64,000 nt of DNA. Origin: Escherichia phage ST2. The translations under genes were made by a program, and so were the position numbers. Of this stretch, positions 1 through 12,227 are shown one piece after another. The notes below the pieces were generated by a model that saw nothing but the letters and a program-made list of their open reading frames with translations, did no database searches and was not told the DNA's origin. The first letter of the stretch is position 1. Each line of letters starts with the position of its first letter. The stretch is taken from sequence record OM982647; one strand, given 5' to 3'.

Positions 1-873
1 GAACCATGGGCTGCTAATGAAAATGAGGTGGGCTTCGCCCCACCGTATCCAACAGACTCGGTTTTAGGTGTAACAGATATGTGGACTAACATGATGGGTT
101 TAGTTAAAGTTATCCCATCTATGTTAGACTCGGTTATTCCTAGACGTGACTGGGGAGATATTCGTTATCCAGACCCTTATACATTCAAAATAAATGATAT
201 AGTCGTATGTAATACAGCCCCTTATAATGCTACTGAAGTCGGGGCCGGATGGTTAGTATATCGTTGCGTAGATGTTCCTGATGTTGGGATGTGTTCTATT
301 GAGTCTCTCGACAACAAAGAAGAATGTCTTAAATTAGGTGGTAAATGGACTCCATCTGTTAGGTCTTTAACCCCTCCTGAAGGCCGTGGAGATGCTGAAG
401 GGATTATCGAAGTTGGTGATGGATATATATGGGAGTATCTTTATGAGATTCCACCTGATGTGTCTATAAACCGATGTACTAATGAATATATAGTCGTTCC
501 ATGGCCGGAAGAAGTTAAAGAAGACCCTGCTCGTTGGGGATATGAAAACAATCTAACCTGGCAACAAGATGATTTTGGCCTTGTGTATAGAGTTAAAGCA
601 AACATAATTCGTTTTAAAGCCTATTTAGACTCAGTTTATTTCCCTAATGCAGCACTGCCTGGTAATAAAGGATTTAGACAAATTTCTATTATCACAAACC
701 CCTTGGAAGCTAAACTCCGTCCTAATGACCCTAATATAAAGGCTGAAAAGGATTATTATGACCCCAGAGATTTACAGCGTCATTCTGGTGAAATGATTTA
801 TATGGAAAACCGTCCACCTATTATTATGGCAATGGACCAAACCGAAGAGATCAATATTTTGTTTATGTTCTAA
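1..873 (+). CDS. 8: baseplate wedge protein gp8 (5'-partial, continues upstream of window)
   Basis: Frame 1 is open from nt 1 to TAA 871-873; translation (GFAPPYPTDSVLGVTDMW...PPIIMAMDQTEEINILFMF) is colinear with the C-terminal ~290 aa of T4 gp8. ORF-track start at 28 is an in-frame GTG, not the real start. Confidence 0.9.
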   Translation, partial: EPWAANENEVGFAPPYPTDSVLGVTDMWTNMMGLVKVIPSMLDSVIPRRDWGDIRYPDPYTFKINDIVVCNTAPYNATEVGAGWLVYRCVDVPDVGMCSIESLDNKEECLKLGGKWTPSVRSLTPPEGRGDAEGIIEVGDGYIWEYLYEIPPDVSINRCTNEYIVVPWPEEVKEDPARWGYENNLTWQQDDFGLVYRVKANIIRFKAYLDSVYFPNAALPGNKGFRQISIITNPLEAKLRPNDPNIKAEKDYYDPRDLQRHSGEMIYMENRPPIIMAMDQTEEINILFMF

Positions 874-877
874 TTTA

Positions 878-895
878 GGGAGACTTCGGTCTCCC
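878..895 (+). terminator. stem-loop GGGAGAC-UUCG-GUCUCCC followed by short U-run (putative intrinsic terminator after gene 8)
   Basis: Perfect 7-bp inverted repeat with UUCG tetraloop, 5 nt after the gene 8 stop; identical 18-mer recurs three more times in the window. Confidence 0.6.
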
Positions 896-902
896 TTTCG
901 TG

Positions 903-910
903 TATAAATA
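903..910 (+). promoter_or_regulatory. T4-type late promoter (TATAAATA) for gene 9
   Basis: Exact TATAAATA 26 nt upstream of the gene 9 ATG. Confidence 0.7.
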
Positions 911-935
911 GTATAAACTATTAAGGATTAGCCAC

Positions 936-1799
936 ATGTATATTCAAACTCCAAAACAATTGATTGACGTTGGCGAAATTGGTAACGCTTCTACAGGCGA
1001 TATCCTTTTTGACGGCGGTGTTAAAATAAACAATGATATAAATGCTATTTACAATGCGTTTGGTGACCAACGAAAAATGGCAACTGCTAATGGGACAGGA
1101 CCAAATGGACAAATAATCCATGCCACTGGATACTACCAAAAAGGAGGCCCTACCGATTATTTCACCCCTGTTCCAGTAGGAAGTAGACACGACATAGATG
1201 CTTCTACCGGTGGTGTTATTGTTACTGTTGCTAGAGGTGAACTCGGCGATTCCGTGGAATTTATAAATTCAAACGGATCAATTTCGGTAAATAACCCATT
1301 AAGTATCCAAGCATTAGATTCTATTAAAGGTGTTGCAGGTAATTTAGTTATAACCACACCTTATACTAAAGTTACTCTTCGTTGTATTTCTTCTGGTGCA
1401 GGCGGTTCAATATGGGATTATTCTACAGAAAGTATGTTTAGTCATACCGAAATTCCTGTAGACGGGACATGGAATATTATTTCAGACTATGTCAATATTC
1501 CTCTATTTTATAAAACTGAATATAATGCTGCTAAACTTTTGGTTACATGCCAATCTGCCAACGGCAGAAAAATTAAATCATGTGAAATAAATATTCTAAT
1601 AGATACAATTAATTCAAGAGTTATTTCAACCGAATACGCAGTGATGCGCGTTGGTAATGATAACGAAGAAGATGAAATTGCGAATATTAGTTTTTCGATA
1701 ATTAACAATTTTGCCACTATGACAGTTTCTTCACATATAAATGGTCTTCGAGTGGCAGCTAAAGTTATTTCAACTCAGAAAATTAGGGTCGCTCAATAA
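936..1799 (+). CDS. 9: baseplate wedge / long-tail-fibre attachment protein gp9
   Basis: 287 aa, colinear with T4 gp9 (288 aa): MYIQTPKQLIDVGEIGNASTGDILFDGG..., ...EYAVMRVGN..EEDEIANI. Confidence 0.95.
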   Translation: MYIQTPKQLIDVGEIGNASTGDILFDGGVKINNDINAIYNAFGDQRKMATANGTGPNGQIIHATGYYQKGGPTDYFTPVPVGSRHDIDASTGGVIVTVARGELGDSVEFINSNGSISVNNPLSIQALDSIKGVAGNLVITTPYTKVTLRCISSGAGGSIWDYSTESMFSHTEIPVDGTWNIISDYVNIPLFYKTEYNAAKLLVTCQSANGRKIKSCEINILIDTINSRVISTEYAVMRVGNDNEEDEIANISFSIINNFATMTVSSHINGLRVAAKVISTQKIRVAQ

Positions 1800-3613
1800 T
1801 GAAACAAAATATTAAAATTGGGAACGTCGTTGATGACGGACAAGGCGATTACCTTCGTCGTGGTGGTGCAAAAATTAATGAAAACTTTGATGAGTTGTAT
1901 TATGAATTAGGCGATGGCGAAGTTCCGTATTCCGCTGGTGCCTGGAAAACATACCATTCTTCAGATGGACTTAATTTAGCTGCTGAATGGGGTAAATCAT
2001 ACGCAATTGATACTTCAACAGGGCGTGTTTCTATAAATTTACCTAAAGGAACAGTGGAAGATTATAATAAAGTAATTAGAGCCCGTGATGTATTCGCCAC
2101 ATGGAATATTAACCCTGTAACATTAATTGCTGCCAGCGGTGATACTATTAAAGGTTCTTCTAGCCCAGTAGAAATCAATGTGCAGTTTTCAGACTTAGAA
2201 TTAGTTTACTGTTCTCCTGGGCGTTGGGAATACGTTAAAAATAAACAAATAGACAAAATTACTAGTTCTGATATTAGTAGTGTAGCTCGTAAAGAATTTT
2301 TAGTCGAAGTTCAAGGTCAAACTGATTTTCTTGATGTATTTGGGCCTGTTTCTTATAATGTGAATAATATCCGTGTAAAACATCGTGGTAACGAATTATA
2401 CTACGGTGACGTGTTCAGTGACAATAGTGACTTTGGTTCTCCAGGAGCTAATCCTGGTGAAATCGTTGCATTAGATGGTAAAAACATCCGTTTAAGACAA
2501 CCATGTAATATCGGCGACACCGTACAAATTGAAACCTTTTTAGATGGGATTACACAATTACGTAGTTCTTATTCTCGCCGCCAAATACGTATTTTAGATT
2601 CGAAATTAACAACCCGTCCTTCCTTAGAAGGAAGTGTATATGTCGCGGATTTGTCAACTTTGAAATCTATTCCTTTTTCGGCATTTGGAGTTAATCCTTC
2701 AGAACCGGTCAATACCAATTCTTTAGAAGTTCGTTTTAACGGTATTCTTCAAGAATTAGCTGGTACTGTTGGTTTACCTATGTTCAGGTGTGAAGGTGCT
2801 GATGCAGAAACTTCTACCGAGTGTTCAGCTTTAGGTGGGACTTGGGTTACATCTAACACCGATTATTCTATTGAATATGATGATAACGATGCAACTATTG
2901 CACGTGCTTTAGTCTTTGACCGTAAGTTTGAAGACCAAGACATTATTGATATTACATGGTTTAATAACGATTTAGGCACTTTATTAAGTATCGATGACAT
3001 TTTAGATACAACTGATGAAAGGTATGTCGCACAAGGTGCAACCGTAAATGTGACCGGCGATGTGGCTTTGACAGATTTCAATAATATCGGATGGCCTAAT
3101 GTAGAATCTGTTCCTGCATATAGCAGGGAATTCTCGTCTATTGCAAATATTTTTAACACCATTTACCCTGTCGGTACTATTTACGAAAATGCAGTGAACC
3201 CTAATAACCCAGCCACGTATTTAGGATTTGGCTCTTGGAAATTATGGGGACAAGGAAAAGTATTAGTTGGATGGAACGACGATATTAGCGATCCTAATTT
3301 TGCATTAAATAATAACGACCTTGATTCTAGCGGGAATCCTACACATACCGCCGGTGGAACAGTCGGAACAACGTCTAACACACTAACTAATTCTGATTTA
3401 CCTCCTACTCAAACTGACGAGAAAGTTCTTATTTCCGATGAGAACGGTACAATTATTATTGGTGGTTGTCAATACGACCCTGATGCAGAAGGTCCTATAT
3501 ACACCAAATACCGTGAAGGCCACGCCACAACGAATAGTACACACATACCGCCTCAAGCCGTAAATAATATTCAACCGTCAATTACCGTATATCGTTGGGT
3601 AAGGATTGCATAA
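1799..3613 (+). CDS. 10: baseplate wedge protein gp10
   Basis: 604 aa (T4 gp10 is 602 aa); position between 9 and 11; start overlaps gene 9 stop (TAATG). Confidence 0.93.
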   Translation: MKQNIKIGNVVDDGQGDYLRRGGAKINENFDELYYELGDGEVPYSAGAWKTYHSSDGLNLAAEWGKSYAIDTSTGRVSINLPKGTVEDYNKVIRARDVFATWNINPVTLIAASGDTIKGSSSPVEINVQFSDLELVYCSPGRWEYVKNKQIDKITSSDISSVARKEFLVEVQGQTDFLDVFGPVSYNVNNIRVKHRGNELYYGDVFSDNSDFGSPGANPGEIVALDGKNIRLRQPCNIGDTVQIETFLDGITQLRSSYSRRQIRILDSKLTTRPSLEGSVYVADLSTLKSIPFSAFGVNPSEPVNTNSLEVRFNGILQELAGTVGLPMFRCEGADAETSTECSALGGTWVTSNTDYSIEYDDNDATIARALVFDRKFEDQDIIDITWFNNDLGTLLSIDDILDTTDERYVAQGATVNVTGDVALTDFNNIGWPNVESVPAYSREFSSIANIFNTIYPVGTIYENAVNPNNPATYLGFGSWKLWGQGKVLVGWNDDISDPNFALNNNDLDSSGNPTHTAGGTVGTTSNTLTNSDLPPTQTDEKVLISDENGTIIIGGCQYDPDAEGPIYTKYREGHATTNSTHIPPQAVNNIQPSITVYRWVRIA

Positions 3614-4272
3614 TGACCATACTTAATACTAAAGCTGGAGTAATATCCCGCGAAGCAGATTTTTTAGGATTTAGAAAAAATCCTACTCAAATTGATATTT
3701 TAAACAACCAAGGCGTAGGTTCTGTAACCATTTCTCAATTGGCAAAAGGATTCTATGATGATAACGTAGAATCTGCAATAAACGATGTTCATAATATTGC
3801 TAGAGCAGATGTAGGAACAGTTACAATTAACACCTCAGGTGTATCTCCTGAAGGAACTTCACAGGTAGATTATTGGTCCTTTAGTGGAAGTGTAACTGAC
3901 CCTAGTTTGCCCGATGGAAGCCCTGTTATTGTAAAAGTTTACGGGCTTCCTGTTAATGCTACTGTAGGTATGACAGCCGACGAATTTGTTGTACAATTAC
4001 GTACTACTCTCCGGAATGCGATTTCCGACCAATTGGCTATTGCAGAGTATAAAGATGACCCTAATGTTGGGACTAGATTACAAATAACATATTTAGATAA
4101 CCAAAGACACGTACTCCCAACGTATTCCGCTTATGGTATCACGGTTTCTCAAGAAATAGTGTCTCAGGCTAAGTCCGGGTACGGCACTTGGAATTTACTA
4201 GGTGCACAAACCCTTACTCTTGACAACCATACTTCACCTACAACCTTTTATTATTTTGTGAGAACCGCATGA
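3613..4272 (+). CDS. 11: baseplate wedge protein gp11 (short-tail-fibre attachment)
   Basis: ORF-track frame 3595..4272; start set at ATG 3613 ([20 protein letters not shown]...) to match T4 gp11 (219 aa). ATG overlaps gene 10 stop (TAATG). Confidence 0.92.
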   Translation: MTILNTKAGVISREADFLGFRKNPTQIDILNNQGVGSVTISQLAKGFYDDNVESAINDVHNIARADVGTVTINTSGVSPEGTSQVDYWSFSGSVTDPSLPDGSPVIVKVYGLPVNATVGMTADEFVVQLRTTLRNAISDQLAIAEYKDDPNVGTRLQITYLDNQRHVLPTYSAYGITVSQEIVSQAKSGYGTWNLLGAQTLTLDNHTSPTTFYYFVRTA

Positions 4273-5819
4273 GTAACAATACATATCAACACGTTTCGAA
4301 CGAATCAGTATATGTTGAATTTGACCCGGTAGGGTCAAATTTTGATAGTTCAATAACCAATGTCCAGGCGGCCTTAGCCTCAATTAGCGCATATGGTGTT
4401 AAAGGTGTTCCGGACGCAAGCGAAGCAGAAAAAGGTGTAATTCAATTAGCGACAGAACAAGAAGTTCTTGATGGATTTAATAGTACTAAAGCCGTTACTC
4501 CCGCCACATTAAATGCAAGACTTCAGTATCCTAACGCGTCAGAAACACAGTACGGCGTAACTAAATATGCAACACAAGAGGAGGCCATTGCTGGCACTTT
4601 AGACACTGTTTCTATTACTCCGCTTAAATTAAACCAAACTATTGATAACACGTTCTCTACTCGTTATTCAACAGAAACAACTAACGGTGTTATTAAAATT
4701 GCAACTCAAACCGCTGCACTTGCCGGGTCTGATGACACCACAGCAATGACTCCGCTTAAAACGCAGCAATTAGCAATAAAATTAATTTCTCAAATAGCTC
4801 CTAATAACGACCCGGCTTCAGAATCTATTACCGGTGTTGTGCGTTTAGCTACGGTGGCTCAAACACGTCAAGGAACTCTTCGCGAAGGATATGCAATTTC
4901 CCCATATACCTTTATGAATTCTGTTGCAACACAAGAATATAAAGGTGTTATACGTCTAGGAACACAAGCGGAAATTAATAGTAATTTGGGAGATGTTGCT
5001 GTAACAGGTGAAACGCTAAATGGTAGAGGAGCTACCGGTTCTATGCGTGGAGTCGTAAAATTAACGACGCAGGCCGGTGTTGCACCCGAAGGCGATAGCT
5101 CTGGAGCATTAGCATGGAACGCAGATGTAATTAATACACGCGGTGGGCAAACTATTAATGGTTCTTTAAATTTAGATCACCTCACAGCAAATGGAATTTG
5201 GTCGCGGGGCGGAATGTGGAAAAACGGTGACCAGCCAGTTGCAACAGAGAGATATGCATCTGAACGTGTTCCTGTTGGAACAATTCAAATGTTCGCAGGT
5301 GATAGTGCTCCTCCAGGTTGGGTTTTATGTCATGGTGGGACCGTTTCTGGAGACCAATTTCCGGACTATCGAAATGTGGTTGGAACGAGATTTGGCGGTG
5401 ATTGGAATAATCCTGGAATTCCAGACATGCGAGGTCTTTTTGTTAGAGGAGCTGGCACAGGCAGCCATATTTTAAATAATCGCGGTCAAGACGGCTATGG
5501 AAAGGATAGATTAGGTGTAGGATGTGACGGCATGCATGTTGGCGGTGTCCAAGCACAGCAAATGTCATATCATAAACACGCTGGTGGATGGGGCGAATAT
5601 CAACGTCATGAGGCACCATTCGGAGCATCCGTATATCAAGGTTATTTGGGTACTAGAAAATACTCTGATTGGGATAATGCGTCATATTTCACAAATGACG
5701 GCTTCGAATTAGGTGGTCACCGTGACGCAACAGGCACTCTTAACCGTGAAGGACTTATCGGATATGAGACTCGTCCATGGAATATATCTTTAAATTATAT
5801 TATTAAAGTCCATTACTAA
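4269..5819 (+). CDS. 12: short tail fibre protein gp12
   Basis: 516 aa; six tandem ~35-aa repeats (GVI[QK]LAT[EQ]...) typical of T4 gp12/gp34 fibre proteins; position after gene 11. Confidence 0.93.
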   Translation: MSNNTYQHVSNESVYVEFDPVGSNFDSSITNVQAALASISAYGVKGVPDASEAEKGVIQLATEQEVLDGFNSTKAVTPATLNARLQYPNASETQYGVTKYATQEEAIAGTLDTVSITPLKLNQTIDNTFSTRYSTETTNGVIKIATQTAALAGSDDTTAMTPLKTQQLAIKLISQIAPNNDPASESITGVVRLATVAQTRQGTLREGYAISPYTFMNSVATQEYKGVIRLGTQAEINSNLGDVAVTGETLNGRGATGSMRGVVKLTTQAGVAPEGDSSGALAWNADVINTRGGQTINGSLNLDHLTANGIWSRGGMWKNGDQPVATERYASERVPVGTIQMFAGDSAPPGWVLCHGGTVSGDQFPDYRNVVGTRFGGDWNNPGIPDMRGLFVRGAGTGSHILNNRGQDGYGKDRLGVGCDGMHVGGVQAQQMSYHKHAGGWGEYQRHEAPFGASVYQGYLGTRKYSDWDNASYFTNDGFELGGHRDATGTLNREGLIGYETRPWNISLNYIIKVHY

Positions 5820-5828
5820 GGGTAAAAA

Positions 5829-7271
5829 ATGATCGAATTAAAAAGTCTACCATACGTTGATGGCCCTCCTGATGAGGGTCAAAAACGTTTAAACTGGATT
5901 AAAAATTCAGAAGAAATAACTGGCGCTGATACGTTATACGGTTCTGAAGGAGTAATGAACCGTCCAATAACAGAAGTTCAACGAAATGTAGAAACAATTA
6001 ACGATAACGTTAAGACTATCGCAGAATCTTTAGATACCGCTAATGCTGATATTGTCACAATTAAAAGTATCTTGGATGTTTCTGGTGACGTAGATGCTTT
6101 AGCACAAATTGGACATAACACTGATGATATTGAAGTATTAAAACACACTGTAAATTCACACGGTGTTGATATTTTAAACACTGAAGAAAAACTAGATGAT
6201 ACTATTGCTAATATCGGAGTAGTTAATCCAGAAACAGATTCGGTGTATCGTACGGTGCGTAACGACCTTCTTTGGATTAAAACCGAATTAGGGCAATATA
6301 CTGGACAAGATATTAATGGTGTCCCAACCGAAGGTAATGAAAGCACCGGGATGAAACGACGTATTATTACTAACAGTTCAGTGTTGGTCGACCAAGGCGT
6401 TCGTTTAACCGAGTTAGAAAATAAATTTGCCGATTCTGACGTTGGGGCTCTGACAACCGAAGTTGAAAACCTCCGTCAAGAAATAGGTCCTAGACCATCG
6501 TTAACAGTACCGGTTTACACTCGTTTATCCGGTATTGATTCATCCATTTCTATCCAAACTAGAGATATTGCGGCATTAAAAGATTTTGTTGGATATCCTA
6601 ATTCAACCGCTATTAAAACTCAAGTCGAGGCCAATCGTCTTTCTATATCAACAATAAATTCAGACATTAACTCGCCTGGCGGTATTAAACCACGTTTGAC
6701 AACGTTAGAAACTACTATAGGCTCTCCAGATTTACCAACTACTCTTCAGGGTAAGATCAAATTAAATACCGATTCTATTTCAGGTATTAACACAGTTTTA
6801 GGTGTTGATTCTTCTAGTGGTTTACGTTTTAACGTAGCATGGCTCAATCAGGTGGTTGGCGTTGATTCAAATGGTGGACAACCTGAACCGGCTGGTTCAC
6901 TTTTATATAGGACTCGTATTCTTGAAACTGGTGTTACTGACCTAGGCAATAACATTCAAAACGTTCAAACCGAATTGGGAACTAATTCGTCCGGTATTAA
7001 AGGACAAGTGACTAGTTTAAATAAACTTATAAGTGGCACTAACCCAAACGGTCAAACCATAGAAGAACGTGGTATATTGCCAACAGTTAAAAACCATGAC
7101 ACAACAATTATGGCTTTAACTACGCGTGTTACCACTTTAGAAACAGACCTTGCTGCAGCAGAAGCTGAAATCCAAACTCTTAAGGACGCTGGATATATTG
7201 AAGATGCTCCTTCAGACGGTAAATTCTATGTTCGCAAAGATGGTGCATGGGTTGAACTTCCTACAGCTTAA
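5829..7271 (+). CDS. wac: fibritin (whisker antigen control), neck whiskers
   Basis: 480 aa; C-terminus GYIEDAPSDGKFYVRKDGAWVELPTA matches the T4 fibritin foldon ([27 protein letters not shown]); coiled-coil-like body. Confidence 0.95.
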   Translation: MIELKSLPYVDGPPDEGQKRLNWIKNSEEITGADTLYGSEGVMNRPITEVQRNVETINDNVKTIAESLDTANADIVTIKSILDVSGDVDALAQIGHNTDDIEVLKHTVNSHGVDILNTEEKLDDTIANIGVVNPETDSVYRTVRNDLLWIKTELGQYTGQDINGVPTEGNESTGMKRRIITNSSVLVDQGVRLTELENKFADSDVGALTTEVENLRQEIGPRPSLTVPVYTRLSGIDSSISIQTRDIAALKDFVGYPNSTAIKTQVEANRLSISTINSDINSPGGIKPRLTTLETTIGSPDLPTTLQGKIKLNTDSISGINTVLGVDSSSGLRFNVAWLNQVVGVDSNGGQPEPAGSLLYRTRILETGVTDLGNNIQNVQTELGTNSSGIKGQVTSLNKLISGTNPNGQTIEERGILPTVKNHDTTIMALTTRVTTLETDLAAAEAEIQTLKDAGYIEDAPSDGKFYVRKDGAWVELPTA

Positions 7272-7277
7272 TGAAAA

Positions 7278-7291
7278 GGGCCTTCGGGCCC
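7278..7291 (+). terminator. stem-loop GGGCC-UUCG-GGCCC after wac
   Basis: 5-bp GC stem with UUCG tetraloop 7 nt after wac stop; no strong U-run, so may be a processing or stability element rather than a terminator. Confidence 0.45.
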
Positions 7292-7303
7292 TAAAGGATT
7301 TAT

Positions 7304-8230
7304 ATGTCAGGTTATAATGCACAAAACCCTAAAGAATTAAAGGACGTAATATTACGTCGTTTAGGCGCTCCTATTGTAAATGTTGAATTAACTACAGACC
7401 AAATTTATGATTGTATTTCACGAGCGTTAGAACTTTATGGTGAATACCATTTTGACGGGTTGAATAAAGGTTTCCATGTATTTTTTGTTGATGACGAAGA
7501 AAAATACCGTCACGGCGTATTTGATATGCGTGGTTCTAACGTATTTGCCGTAACAAGAATTATAAGAACAAACGTTGGCTCTATTACTTCAATGGACGGT
7601 AATGCAACTTATCCTTGGTTCACTGATTTCCTTTTAGGAATGGCAGGTGTTTCAGGTGGTATGGGTAGTAATTGTGGTAAATTCTACGGTCCGAACGCTT
7701 TTGGCGCTGATCTAGGGTATTATTCTCAATTAGTATCTTATATGGGTATGCTTCAAGATATGATTGCTCCTCTTCCAGATTTTTGGTTTAACTCTGCAAA
7801 CGAGCAATTAAAAGTAATGGGTAACTTTAGACAGAAAGATGTCATTATCGTTGAATCATATGTTCGCTCTTATATCGAGACTCATAAGATGGTAGGAAAT
7901 ACAGTAGGTTATGGGCAGGTCGGTCCTCGTGATTCATGGTCTATTTCTGAGCGGTATGACAACCCGGACCATAATTTGGTCGGACGACGAGTTGGTGAAG
8001 ATCCTGCAACTAAACAAGGCGCATATAACAACCGCTGGGTTAAAGATTACGCAACTGCATTAGCTAAAGAGCTTAATGGACAAATTCTTGCTAAACATCA
8101 AGGTATGATGTTACCGGGTGGCGTCACTGTTGACGGTGTTCGATTAATTGAAGAAGCCCGTTTAGAGAAAGAATCTTTGCGAGAAGAGTTATATTTACTA
8201 GACCCTCCTGCAGGTATTTTGGTAGGTTAA
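7304..8230 (+). CDS. 13: neck protein gp13
   Basis: 308 aa (T4 gp13 is 309 aa); position wac-13-14. Confidence 0.92.
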   Translation: MSGYNAQNPKELKDVILRRLGAPIVNVELTTDQIYDCISRALELYGEYHFDGLNKGFHVFFVDDEEKYRHGVFDMRGSNVFAVTRIIRTNVGSITSMDGNATYPWFTDFLLGMAGVSGGMGSNCGKFYGPNAFGADLGYYSQLVSYMGMLQDMIAPLPDFWFNSANEQLKVMGNFRQKDVIIVESYVRSYIETHKMVGNTVGYGQVGPRDSWSISERYDNPDHNLVGRRVGEDPATKQGAYNNRWVKDYATALAKELNGQILAKHQGMMLPGGVTVDGVRLIEEARLEKESLREELYLLDPPAGILVG

Positions 8231-8231
8231 T

Positions 8232-8996
8232 ATGGCAACTTATGATAAAAATCTTTTCGCCAAACTAGAAAATCGCGGTGGCTATTCTAAAACTAATGAA
8301 ACCGAGATTTTAAACAAATACGTGAACTTCAACAAATACGAAAATAGTCAAACCCTAGCTGATGTGTTAGTAGCAGAAAGCATACAGATGCGCGGTATTG
8401 AATGTTTTTATGTTCCACGTGAATATGTTGCCGTGGACCTTATCTTTGGTGAAGACCTTAAAAATAAATTTACTAAAGCATGGAAATTTGCTGCATATCT
8501 GAACTCTTTTGAAGGTTATGAAGGAGCGAAATCGTTCTTCAGCAACTTCGGAATGCAAGTTCAAGACGAAGTTACATTATCTATTAACCCGGGTCTTTTC
8601 AAACACCAGGTCAACAATCAGGAGCCTAAGGAAGGTGATTTAATATACTTCCCAATGGACAACAGTTTGTTTGAGATTAACTGGGTTGAACCATATGACC
8701 CATTCTATCAAGTAGGTAAAAATGCGATTCGTAAAATTACTGCAGGCAAGTTTATTTACTCTGGCGAAGAAATCAATCCGGTGCTTCAGAAAAATGAAGG
8801 TATCAATATACCTGAATTTAGTGACTTGGAACTTAACCCTGTTAGAAATCTTGACGGTATCCATGACATTAATATCGATGAATATTCTGAAGTTGAGCAA
8901 ATCAATTCAGAGGCAAGTGAATACGTTGAACCGTACGTAGTAGTTAACAACCGTGGTAGACAAAATTCACCATTTGACGATGGGTTTATGAATTAA
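8232..8996 (+). CDS. 14: neck protein gp14
   Basis: 254 aa (T4 gp14 is 256 aa); start 2 nt after gene 13 stop. Confidence 0.92.
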   Translation: MATYDKNLFAKLENRGGYSKTNETEILNKYVNFNKYENSQTLADVLVAESIQMRGIECFYVPREYVAVDLIFGEDLKNKFTKAWKFAAYLNSFEGYEGAKSFFSNFGMQVQDEVTLSINPGLFKHQVNNQEPKEGDLIYFPMDNSLFEINWVEPYDPFYQVGKNAIRKITAGKFIYSGEEINPVLQKNEGINIPEFSDLELNPVRNLDGIHDINIDEYSEVEQINSEASEYVEPYVVVNNRGRQNSPFDDGFMN

Positions 8997-9023
8997 TAAA
9001 TAAATAAATAAGATAAAGCAAAC

Positions 9024-9041
9024 ACCGGTCGAAAGGCCGGT
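9024..9041 (+). promoter_or_regulatory. GAAA-tetraloop stem-loop immediately upstream of the gene 15 Shine-Dalgarno
   Basis: ACCGGUC-GAAA-GGCCGGU (7 bp with one G-U pair) followed directly by UAGGAG and the gene 15 ATG. Confidence 0.4.
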
Positions 9042-9049
9042 TAGGAGAA

Positions 9050-9874
9050 ATGATGTTTGGCTATTTTTACAACTCGTCGTTCAGGCGATATATCACAATG
9101 ATGGGCGATTTGTTTTCAAATATCCAAGTTAACCGTCAATTGTCTACAGGCAATAAATTAATTAGAGTTCCTATTACTTATGCATCTAAAGAGCACTTTA
9201 TGATGAAACTTAATAAATGGACCTCTATAAACTCACAAGAAGATGTGGCTAAAGTCGAAACTATTCTACCACGTATAAATCTCCAAATGGTAGATTTCGT
9301 TTATAACCCAACGTTTAAAACGAATATATTGAATAACTCTCTTTTGAGTAAATCGACTAAGGATATTGTAGACCAATACAACCCGTCACCAATTAAAATG
9401 ATTTTTGAACTGAGCATCTTTACTCGTTATGAAGATGATATGTTCCAAATCGTTGAGCAAATTATTCCATATTTTCAGCCGCATTTTAATACGACTATGA
9501 TTGAGCAATATGGGCAGGATATTCCATTTGAAAGGGATATTAAAGTCGTATGGATGTCAGCAGCAATGGATGAACAAATAGACGGTGATAATTTATCCCG
9601 TCGACGTTTAGAGTGGTCATTAACATTTGAAGTAAATGGATGGATGTATCCTCCGGTAGGCGCAGCAGAAGGCCTTATTAAAACGACTTATCTTGATTTT
9701 CATGCTAATGAACGAGACCTTCAAACAGCCGCCAGTGTTTTTGAATCAGTTGATACAGAAATTAAACCGAGAGACGTTGAAGCACAAGATTGGAATGGCG
9801 AAGTTGAACAAACTTATACTCATGATATTCCAATCCCGTCTCCACCAACCCCTCCTGGTCCTAGAAAACAATAA
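9050..9874 (+). CDS. 15: tail sheath stabiliser / tail completion protein gp15
   Basis: 274 aa; MMFGYFYNSSFRRY... matches T4 gp15 N-terminus (MFGYFYNSSFRRY...); true start may be the second ATG (9053). Confidence 0.93.
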   Translation: MMFGYFYNSSFRRYITMMGDLFSNIQVNRQLSTGNKLIRVPITYASKEHFMMKLNKWTSINSQEDVAKVETILPRINLQMVDFVYNPTFKTNILNNSLLSKSTKDIVDQYNPSPIKMIFELSIFTRYEDDMFQIVEQIIPYFQPHFNTTMIEQYGQDIPFERDIKVVWMSAAMDEQIDGDNLSRRRLEWSLTFEVNGWMYPPVGAAEGLIKTTYLDFHANERDLQTAASVFESVDTEIKPRDVEAQDWNGEVEQTYTHDIPIPSPPTPPGPRKQ

Positions 9875-9883
9875 GAGGTAAAT

Positions 9884-12200
<2,317 letters not shown>

Positions 12201-12227
12201 AAATAAAGCAAATTAAGAGGAATTAAA

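Noticed and set aside
28-873. ORF-track start of the first ORF at position 28
   Set aside because: Position 28 is an in-frame GTG, and the frame is open back to nt 1; the protein aligns with T4 gp8 from about residue 45, so the gene is 5'-truncated by the window edge.
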